The position numbers and the translations under genes were made by a program. Of a DNA stretch of 60,000 nucleotides, positions 21,749 to 31,296 are shown piece by piece. How positions within the stretch are numbered: the stretch's first letter is position 1; the number at the start of each line of letters is the position of its first letter. The notes below the pieces were generated by a model. It was not told the origin of the DNA, ran no database searches, and worked only from the letters and a program-made list of their open reading frames with translations. The DNA is taken from assembly GCA_965235115.1 (NCBI GenBank), contig OZ249436.1, forward strand, positions 14,758,001 through 14,818,000, given 5' to 3'. The DNA comes from Laetmonice hystrix (taxonomy: Eukaryota).

Positions 21749-22178
21749 ATTCTTTCCTCCTGTCCTGACAACAGTAACCGAGTAAGGTATCTTACTTGTT
21801 GGAGTAATCCTAGGGTACTATGATTGAGTGAGGACTGATGGCAGTGATAAAATAATGGTGTCCGCTGTCTCACTCATTCAGATTCACAGAGCCTCAGTCA
21901 GTGGCAGTGTTTGCCACTGTCACTGGTGTCAGTGACAGTGTCACTGTCAGCTCCAGCAGCACTGAGGCTGAGCAGGTCGATGTGTCTAACGACAGAACTA
22001 GTTTTGTTTTGCGTGCAAGATTCTTACTTACAAAGCCTACAACGAATACTACAGAATGAGAACAGGTCTATATTATACAAACCTTATCTTCTCAATGCAG
22101 AGTCTCTCATTTTCCTTTTGATCCCGCAATCAGTGATCTAAACTTCATCGTCTATCTACGACCACAACATCGTTGGAT

Positions 22179-22241
22179 CCGCCATTTTGACATGGCTGAG
22201 CGGAAATGACGTCACAACATCCGGGAACCTTCAACATGGCG
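22179..22241. promoter_or_regulatory. Candidate bidirectional CpG-rich promoter
   Basis: Outward-facing YY1-type motifs (minus AAAATGGCGG 22179-22188; plus AACATGGCG 22233-22241) flank CGGAAA-TGACGTCA (ETS/CRE) and ACATCCGG (ETS, minus). Confidence 0.6.
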
Positions 22242-23466
22242 TCGACCATAACAGCCACACGTGCGATTGTTTACGCGGTCTGCGGTCTGAGATCTGCGGG
22301 AGGTTGGCGGCAGAGTCGGGTGTATTTTGATCCCATTCGCCCTATAGAGGGTAAATGTGATTTTGATTTGGTATAGTTTTCGTTAAACTGATCCGAAATA
22401 TCAGGTCTAGACTAGATCTAGATTGAATCTCACGTAATAACAGTAACTCTTTCTCCTCCGTCAGTTAGCCCTTGCCTTGGCTTGGGTTTACGTTTAGTTT
22501 AGGCCTAGCAGATTTTTGCCATCCACCCCCAGACTGCCAGAGACCAGACGGTCGTTTATAATTATCTGTTTGGGAGAAAACTTAAACTGCCCATCACTCA
22601 TCAGTTAGCAGCAGACGACCGGAGGTGTGAGGCCAAGGAGATTGCAGACCGATGAAAAAAAAACAGTCCGCGACACCGGGTCAAACGTGCCTTGCCCTTG
22701 GTCAAGTTGGTCGTGTGCTGCAACTGTCGGAGACTTCAGCGTTCTCTCAGGCCATCTTCTTTGACTTGAGGTGAGGAGGATACACTGAAAGGTCATCAGT
22801 GCGACGGTCGCAACCCAATGCAATCATGCACAGAAAATATTGTCAATTGACCCCCTATACTTTTCACTTCAACACAGCAGTACTGCCATCAAGGGCAGAT
22901 CAAGGTTTGCTCCAGCAGGGGGGTGGGTGGGTGGGGTGGGGGGGTTGTTACAACTTGTGTGGGGCCAAGGGGGGGGGGCGGTTGTGTGGGGCCAAGGGGG
23001 GGGGGTGTTGTGTGGGGCCAAGGTTTGTTTGGTGTTAACCTTTCAAGTGCTTCATAAGGGGGGGAGGGATTTGTAACCCCACTTAAACACCCCCCGGGAT
23101 CCACCACTGGTAGGCCTACAGGTGGCAATTGTAAATAAACCCAAACCAAAGACTAAGACAAAATATGATAAAGTAATGCCTAATGGTACCGTAAGCATTA
23201 CAACCTATCTGTCTATAATAGATGATTTCTTCAATCCCTTAATTGGATAGGTAATGCATATAGTAGGCCTATAGGCATAGAATTGTACAGTTGGAACCAA
23301 CCATAGGCGCCGGAACCGGGGGGGGGGGGCAAGGGGGGCCAGAACCGCCGCAGGTCAAATCTGGGTGGGGGGGGGGGGGGCAGCATTATACCCCCTCCCC
23401 CAGCAGAAGAGCGTTTTAATGTCCGTAGCTATAGCGGGGGGCAGCTCCACCTTCGAAGCCCTAGAA

Positions 23467-23626
23467 TGTGTGAAAGGTTTGTCAGTCAGTTCCTTCCCGA
23501 AGGTCGGTGGTTTCCTCCGGGTACTCCGGTTTCCTCCACCAAGAAAAACTGACTTTCATCTCATCTTCACCGCCGTGATATGACCCTGGCTGTTGCAAGG
23601 CGTAAAACCCCAAATACCCACCCACC
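23467..23626 (+). mobile_element. 5'-truncated SINE with V-domain-like core and (CCCA)n tail
   Basis: GGTTTCCTCCGGGTACTCCGGTTTCCTCC core; 14-bp TSD TCGAAGCCCTAGAA (23453-23466, 23627-23640). Confidence 0.8.
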
Positions 23627-24139
23627 TCGAAGCCCTAGAAAAAGGTATTATAGGCCTACTATAGGCCTGAAGACTGGCAAAAAAAGACCTTAGATTTTGT
23701 TCCCAAAATCCAAATGCCAGGAAAACGCCCCCCTGTGAATACCTTCCGCCAGTTCCGGCGCCGAACCTCGATATCGAGGTTCTTTGCCTTGGCTATGCCA
23801 AAGACCCTAGGCCTATACCTATACGGTCTGGCTATGCCGACAGTGCGAGAAAATGGTGGGTGGCGCCGACTGGTGTTACTGCTGAAAACTACAACCCACG
23901 AACGCTGTGAACTTCGCGAACCACACTCACAGACGCCGACGTCAACAGTCTCGAGGTCAAATATATATACTGGCGTCACACCTAAAGGTGCAGACAGCGT
24001 GAACTTTGTCCGACGCTAAGCAACGGTGCCAGTAGGATCTTTTTGGCCCAGATTTTTTAGTTTCATGCACCTCTTGAATGTATAAGAAAGTGAATTTAAC
24101 GTGATAGGAAGAGACAAAATAGTTTTTGTTTTGGATTTT

Positions 24140-24230
24140 AGGGGCGTGGCCAAACTGCAACCACAGAAGTACGAGACTGGAGAAGCGGCCTGTGGCTGTG
24201 GTCTCACGACAAGTTGACGCGGAAGTGTCG
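24140..24230 (+). promoter_or_regulatory. Candidate proximal promoter of the AdipoR-like gene
   Basis: GGGGCGTGGC (Sp/KLF box) and GCGGAAGTG (ETS) in CpG-rich sequence 90-180 bp upstream of the ATG. Confidence 0.45.
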
Positions 24231-24317
24231 CGCTCCTGCCGCCGTGGAAACGTGTCTTCCCCTCGGTCTCGCTGCTTGTAACCAGGTCAACCTGCCGATT
24301 GCTCTACATAGGAAAAG

Positions 24318-24371
24318 ATGAATATTAAGACGAGAAAGCGAGGGACGCGTGGAAAAAATTCAAGTCCAAGT
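24318..24371 (+). CDS. AdipoR: Adiponectin receptor-like protein (PAQR family), coding exon 1 (MNIKTRKRGTRGKNSSPS)
   Basis: ATG with in-frame upstream stop; GTGAGT donor in phase 0, matching the phase-0 acceptor at 26183; not conserved at the protein level, so inferred from splice logic. Confidence 0.65.
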
Positions 24372-25545
24372 GTGAGTTAAGATTATGTATAGCCGGTAAT
24401 GGAGGGGTTTATCGCATTGTCTGGCTAGGCTGTTTCGTGTTTGGGGATACCCTCAACACGACCTTTCACAAACAAGGTCAAGGGAGAGTAGGCAAGATTT
24501 TACCGGACTGACTCGCTGAGATTCTGCTTGGTTGCCTGGCAGTAGGTAGCATGGCTCCGTACTAGTGGTAGACCGAGTTTTGGCTGGCCTGCTACGGTAG
24601 TATAACTTATAAATGGTAGGCCTAACGTTAGTGTAGTAGTGGAGATTCTGCATAGCCTTAGCCTAGGTCCCAAGTTCCAAGATTTGAAATGCATTGCTGG
24701 TCATGCCTCTTGGGAGCGGCTAACCCTAGGCCTAACCTTAACCCTAAGGCTAAATTAACCCAAACGTATTGTTTCATGTCGGTAATAAATAAGTCAAATG
24801 TAGCCGTTGACTCTCCCCTGTACGCTGTCGTGTTAGGGTCATTGTCGACCTCATAGAGTCATAGACGAAGAGAATGATTCTAATCCCTTCAAATAAAGAA
24901 ACGGCACTGATTCATATCTCTACGAATAGGCCTACATACTTTCTGTTGGAGTGATGCACACAGTTTAAGAAGTGATTGTGCTCCTTCTGTAATATATTAT
25001 GGCCGTTTTTTTAATCAAATCGAAGAGTTATGGCCCCTGCTCGCCTGTCCGCCATGATGTTTTTCTGTACTGCGTATGTGCAAATGGAACCGGCTTCCTT
25101 TCAAAATGGTGATGGAGGGCCTCAAACGGCGGATTTAAAGGCCCTAACAGTCAAAAACACCTTCGGAATAGACGATTTAGCATGCACATTACCATGGGCA
25201 TTTCATTGTAAGTCTACAGACATTGCGACAGGGGTTTGAAATCGGCGTTGAAGCTGAGCCAACTGTCTCATTTGATAAATTCTCTATGGGCTCTCCCACA
25301 TCCTTAACGCAGAGCTGTTAAGGGTAGCCACGTCAAACGCAGTGGTTATTCTGCCGTCAGACGTCAGAATAAATAAAGTAGTTTACAGACGCGTTGTCAT
25401 TACATTAGAGCTCACTTCGCGAGCATAGGGCCTACTGCTCTATGTTGGGACGGACCCTCAAAATCTTATGAAATGTATATTTGCATATTCTTGCTGATGA
25501 CTAATCGGATAACGAATGAGGGGGCCTCAAACGTGCTAGATATGT

Positions 25546-25924
25546 CAGGGGTTTCAGTAAGAAAAGTAGTACTAGAAGGGGAAGTTGACAAAGTAGGAGG
25601 TGGCCCTATAGTGCAGCAGCCGCAGGTCGGTGCCGCGCCGACCTTGGGGTGGGGGTGGGGGTGGTGGTGGGAAGAGGGACCCCATTCGGGGGGGGGGGTC
25701 TGGGGGCATCCACCTGAGAAGTTTTGATTTCTTGGTGTCCATAGGTGAACTCTGGTGCATTCTGAGAGTAAACTTGGCATCAATTTGTGGGGTAAATAGA
25801 TCAGTTCCGCTCAGATTTATGTCGGAGACATACTGGACTAAAAACGATTTTTGATTTTGAGAAAGTTGCCGGCGGTTTTTGGGAAGTAGGCAGGCAAAAC
25901 CGCCGGCGCTTATTGAAAAGGCTG
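25546..25924. mobile_element. hAT-like MITE with 5-bp TSD
   Basis: Imperfect TIRs CAGGGGTTTCAGTAAG / CTTATTGAAAAGGCTG; TATGT on both sides; G-rich interior. Confidence 0.65.
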
Positions 25925-26182
25925 TATGTACGTATCAACTTAATTCAGCACTGAATAATGGATGCACAGAACCCTTTATTTAAACTGTACAGCGTATCCT
26001 ATCATGCAGACATTGGATAACAAACGAGGGGGCCTCATACTGCTAGATGTTTACACTTTGAGTGATTCGAAAGATGTACCGGGGGTACTTGTAATTTGCC
26101 CATGGATATACAGCCTAATGATTTAACAAGAATTTCAGTAGGTAGCTTGTGCTTTTTTGTTACTTTATGAAATTTCTTACAG

Positions 26183-26420
26183 GTGCGAAATGGCTCAAAG
26201 CCTCTTGATCATCATGATGGAAGTGTAGAAAACACAACAGACAGGAAACTTTGTGGATGGCGGACCAGTCTTGTACCTCAGGCAAGGCTTCCAAAGTTCT
26301 TGCGAGACAATGAATATCTCTTGCACTATCACAGACCTCAGATGAATTCCTTTGTTGAATGCCTGAAATCAATGTTCCGTCTCCATACAGAAACCTGGAA
26401 TATTTGGACTCATCTTGGGG
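26183..26420 (+). CDS. AdipoR: AdipoR-like, coding exon 2
   Basis: LPKFLRDNEYLLHYHRPQMNSFVECLKSMFRLHTETWNIWTHL (PAQR ExxNxxxH motif); TTACAG acceptor, GTAAGT donor (phase 1). Confidence 0.95.
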
Positions 26421-27097
26421 GTAAGTTTTACCAACTAGACCTTAACCAAGCCAGATCTTACTGTGTAATCTTCCATGTACAAGCCACACTTTTTTCCTCC
26501 TCAGACTACTCATAAATTGGGGGTGTGGCTTCCGCTTGTAGATGGCCACATGTGTTTGAAAATGGCCTATAGTCAGTTCAGGATATTATGCCCAGGTTCC
26601 AGGTGGGAACTGGCCTGCTATATACCAAAAGCTGTGGTGTTCCCTGTAACAGTAACACCCATTGTTTTAGGTGTCAATATCTGACAGATTTCAAAAATAA
26701 AGCTGTTGTTTTCAAAATGGTTTTCAATGGTGACACTGACATCTGGACAGTGACCTTTCACACTATGGCCAGGCTGGTGAAGCATCTCGCTGATACACGT
26801 CTCAGCATGTTTCATAGGGTTGACGGTTGGGTTTTTTTCTAATACACCCATACTTAAAAGCCTACTTGCTAAAAAAAACGGCCTGCGGCTTATGGCCATG
26901 GCTTGTACATGGAAGATTAAGGTAACTTTCTTTTGGTAAAAATTTATATCACATCATATTAAACATGTCCATGCATTGTGGTACATTTCTTGAAATATAA
27001 TTATAGGGGAAACTGTTAAATTCTAAATTTATTACCTAGTAGATCCATGGAGACAGATGGTTGATGTCATAAGTGAATCTTTGTTCTATTTCATCAG

Positions 27098-27278
27098 GGT
27101 CACTGTTCTTCCTTCTCTTGACGATATACTACCTGACACGTCCAGGGGGTGAGATTTCTCTGACACAGAAACTCACTTTCCTCGTCTTTTTCCTTGGGGC
27201 CATCCTGTGCATGGGCTGCTCAGGTTTCTACCATGCTTTCATCTGCCACTCTGAACCAGTTTACAGATTTTGCTCAAA
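27098..27278 (+). CDS. AdipoR: AdipoR-like, coding exon 3
   Basis: FFLGAILCMGCSGFYHAFICHSE (SxxxH motif); CATCAG acceptor, GTAAGT donor (phase 2). Confidence 0.95.
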
Positions 27279-27624
27279 GTAAGTACCTATCTATATTAGA
27301 GAAACCCCAAAAGATTTGATAAAACTTGACATCAGCATCACACACCAGATATCCTGGAAAGTAAGATCATGGTTTTGATAACAAACTGATTAGAGGCCAG
27401 CCAGAGACGTGGAATACAAAATGGATCACTTTTCACCACTGTCTCAGATATCTCATAGACAGCACTGTTTTCATGTACCCGGTAAACATTTCGACCTTTC
27501 CAGTTTGTATTTAAGCCAGTTTGAAAAGGTGTTCAAAAACATCTGAAACAGTTGATTTTCTTGCCAAGTTAGAACTGACATTGCACTTAGTAATTAAATG
27601 ATCTAATTTCTGTTTATTTTATAG

Positions 27625-27812
27625 GTTGGATTACTGTGGAGTCATTCTCTTGATAGTAGCATCTTGGGCACCTTGGCTACAGTATGGTTTCTACTGCAGT
27701 ACGGTGTCCAAGCTTGTCTACTCTGTCTTAGTAGGAGGCCTTGGCTTCTTCTGTGTGGCAATGGTCATTCATGATAAATTTGGGACACCAACCTACAGAC
27801 CAATCCGTGCAG
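27625..27812 (+). CDS. AdipoR: AdipoR-like, coding exon 4
   Basis: KLDYCGV..PWLQYGFYC...DKFGTPTYRPIRA; ATAG acceptor, GTGAGT donor (phase 1). Confidence 0.95.
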
Positions 27813-27821
27813 GTGAGTATC

Positions 27822-27862
27822 ATGAATGAATGAATGAATGAATAAGTAAGTCTTTATTGAAC
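27822..27862 (-). repeat. (TTCA)n tail preceded by AATAAA; possible CR1/L2-type LINE 3' end
   Basis: Plus strand ATGAATGAATGAATGAATGAATAAGTAAGTCTTTATTG. Confidence 0.4.
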
Positions 27863-27957
27863 GTCACTTGTTTACATACGTTTCAAGTATTTTGTTCAAA
27901 GCAGGCGACATTTAACAGATATTCGTGTAAAAATACAAAGTATCTACAAGATGGAGA

Positions 27958-28262
27958 AGGATCCGAGGTTTTCCCATGATTCACTCTGATTCGGGTTGTG
28001 TTGCACTACCCGGTGGGTTATTTGTAGTGGCATTGGTGACCTCTGGTTGAGATGAATTTGACCCAGAGATTTAACCTGTCAGGAAACATAGAAGTAACCA
28101 GTCTTGGTTAAAGTCAGAGTTAACCACAATTTTAACCAACTTAGTTACTTTGCCACTTTCTTGAAACCGGGACCAGAGGTCACCAGTGCCACTACAAATA
28201 TCCCACCAGGTAGTGCAAACACAACCCGAATCAGAGTGAATCATGAGAAAACCTCGGATCCT
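27958..28262. mobile_element. Fold-back MITE with ~90-bp inverted repeats in AdipoR intron 4
   Basis: AGGATCCGAGGTTTTCCCATGATTCACTCTGATTCGGGTTGTG...GGTGACCTCTGGT is mirrored at ~28172-28262; no clear TSD. Confidence 0.8.
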
Positions 28263-29264
28263 GAAACCAGAACCTGCCAGGTGGTTATCTTATTTTTTCA
28301 CATGTTGGCTTAGGTCATTAGAAGTTTCCCCTCATTATATGATATGGGTAATATTTATTAGATAAGGTGAGAGGCAAATTTTTTTATGAGTCACGAGTCC
28401 GGGACCAAAAAGTAACTAAGAATATTTACTGCTCTTGGGTCCACTGGTCCGAAACTGGTCCGAAACTCCACAATTTCATGTAGTGTTTATGGAAATGTTA
28501 AGAATGCCATCATCGTTGCCATTACAGGCCACAGACCTCCAGTATCCTTGGAGGATGGAGGTTTGTGACCTGCTACATGCCTGGCACCAGGCCCTGACAG
28601 ATACCACCTGTCAATGACAGTAGGTTTAACCAAGACTGGGCAAGAGTCTGTCAGACTACCATTGATTTTCACAAGTCCGAAGCAATAATAGGCAGGTCCC
28701 AGACCTCAGGCTAGTGGATTTGCCCAACTCTGGTATCCATGCCAAGTCTACATCATTGGACTGCATTCAGGCCTCGATTTACACGATGGCATCAACGGCA
28801 TTTCACTTTCAGGGCTTGCCAAATTTGATTGAAAGGTGGTTGCCCGGTGGGCTACCAGTGATAACCTGGTTGCCCAACAATGACTAGTGGTTGTCCAGCA
28901 CTGTAGGGCAGGAAATAGTGGCATTTGGTGACATTTGGAGGGTACATTTTAAAAGCAAAACAGACAGGCATTTTTGTTTGTATGTGGAATTAATTTTTCT
29001 TCCCCAGACAAACAGAAAGGCGAATCTCTCAAACAGTAAAGTCATGAAAGTCTCAAACAGTCAAGTCATTAAGTGTCTCAAACAGTTTCCAAGGTTGCAC
29101 AAGTTGATAGAGGCTCAGAGTCTACAGCCAACACTGCAGCTGGGCACACTGTATTTTGAGCCCTGCATTAGTAAATGGTATTCATCACTGATTTCTTGTT
29201 CCACAATGCTCACAGAGCCTCTCCGTCACGGGAGGGTATACATTATATCCATCATGTTTTGCAG

Positions 29265-29452
29265 CTGTGTTTGTGGCCTTCGGTCTGATGGGAGTTGTGC
29301 CTGGGATTCATTATGCTACTGTGTATGGTGTCAATGGTGAAATACACATGTTCTGCTGGCTCATAATCATGGCAGTGCTCTACATCCTTGGGGCCATAAT
29401 TTATGCCTGTCGTATACCAGAACGACTTTACCCAGGCAAATTCGATATTTGG
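29265..29452 (+). CDS. AdipoR: AdipoR-like, coding exon 5
   Basis: VFVAFGLMGVVPGIHY...WLIIMAVLYILGAIIYACRIPERLYPGKFDIW; TGCAG acceptor, GTAGGT donor (phase 0). Confidence 0.95.
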
Positions 29453-29801
29453 GTAGGTGTTCATAACAGTTCTTTTGATTCAACAGTCAAAGTATGTTGT
29501 AAAATTCCTGTGCATCAACTGAGAGTAACTAATAATCTTGAATTATTCAGATTACGTAGCTGTTCATATGATGCCCAAAGTGGAAAAATTGCAAGGTTGC
29601 ATTTAATCAAAATTGGACTCATCAAATCCTTTGGAAGCCAGAAGAGAAGGAATTTATATAAAGCAAAATTATGTATTTTTGCAACATATGTAGGCCTACA
29701 GCATAATTGATAATGGTTGATATGTGACTGATGGCAGTGTTTCAAATATTGAGAAATGCCCATGTTTACACAAGTTATAATATTTGTTTCATTCATTTTA
29801 G

Positions 29802-29954
29802 TTCCAGAGTCATCAGATCATGCACCTGTGTGTAGTAGCAGGTGCCCTGACTTGCTATCGTGGTGCATCCATGCTTGCAGATCACCGCATCAGTGGACAA
29901 TTCGACTGCACTGACTCGATTCCAGGGGCAGAAATGTTAGGAAATTTTCAATGA
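29802..29954 (+). CDS. AdipoR: AdipoR-like, terminal coding exon 6
   Basis: TTTTAG acceptor then FQSHQIMHLCVVAGA... (HxxxH zinc ligands) to TGA; total spliced CDS 1002 nt, in frame. Confidence 0.95.
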   Translation, partial: FQSHQIMHLCVVAGALTCYRGASMLADHRISGQFDCTDSIPGAEMLGNFQ

Positions 29955-31198
29955 GAAGTCTTTTTGTTAGGTATGGTGTGTCTGGCTGATCATGGCCCTG
30001 TACTGATAGGACAGGTACTAACCTGGTTGTTGATTAAGTTTTATAGGAAGTAACAAAATGTACCAGGGAAGGGCTGAGTTTACAAGGAACAGGGTTTAAA
30101 ATATGATGATGGACGAATGCATTTGCTGCTTCTTTTTCGAATGTAGAAAGGAAATGGAAGGTGTGAGATTACAAGTTCCATCTATAATCACACTTGATTG
30201 GGTTTGAATAGAGCACCCCTATTGTTACTCAAGAGTTTGTATTCAAATCTACCTCTTGTCTTTTTAGTCAGGATCAAATTTCTTTAAGTGTTACTTCTTG
30301 AAGGGTATAACAATGCTGTATAGAAGCATTTTTGAATACAGTAGGTTATTAAAATTAGTTGCCTGAACAGTAAAATGCTGATCAATGCATGGCCGTACCT
30401 TGGAGCAGAGTAGTTAAATTCTATCTTCTTCCTCTATAAATACTCTTTATACTAAATTTCCTCCTTCAATCTCTGGCCGCTCGTCTTCTGACCGGTGGCT
30501 TTAGAGAACTGGTTAAATGTAAAATATTATGGTTTTGAATTCCATATGTTCCTGCACAGAAGGTATGGCGTATCAATGGTTGCAACTAGTATAAGATCAT
30601 TCTGTCAAACGTTGTATAAAAAGCATTATAAGCTAGTATTTATGTGTGTTGATTTATAGATTCTTACTGGTGTTTGGAACATTTTGTATAGACTTGATAA
30701 TTGTTTCAGCGCATGTTTTGATATCTGTTGATATGCTGTAAATGTAGACTTTAAAAAAAGACTGTGATTCTAGGTTCCATTTCCTCCCCTGGTTGCTAGA
30801 ACAGAACAGTACATATGTAAACACATGGTTATACTATATTCTTAAGGACTTCCTGAAAATTTAATAGTGTTTAAGCTGGCCTTAACATATAATATGTTGT
30901 ACAGATCTTTGATGGAACAAATCTCATACGTTAAAGACAAAATATATTTACGTTATTCAACCATTTAGCACCCTTAAAATACCTTTGATTTGAGGATAGA
31001 AAACGTCCAAGTAGCTGCTCAAGCAGAATGGACTTGCAGTAGAATAAAAAAAGGGTCTGGATTTAGAATTTGTTACTTGCCACACCTTTTGCCATGTTCA
31101 CGTAGACCCCAAGCCTCTTGTGAAGAGTGATTTGGTTATGAGTAATTAATGCTTCAACTGATGAGGCAGCAGCGGACCCTGCCAACTCCTATGCAGTT

Positions 31199-31296
31199 TG
31201 CATATATCTGGTACGCATTTGACACTCCAACTATGCTGCTAACTTAATGCATATATCTGGTACGCATTTGACACTCCAACTATGCTGCTAACTTAA
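31199..31296. repeat. Perfect 49-bp tandem duplication
   Basis: TGCATATATCTGGTACGCATTTGACACTCCAACTATGCTGCTAACTTAA x2. Confidence 0.9.

Noticed and set aside
24890..25306. Kolobok-like element ending in CC|TTAA
   Set aside because: Matching left terminus and TTAA could not be located.
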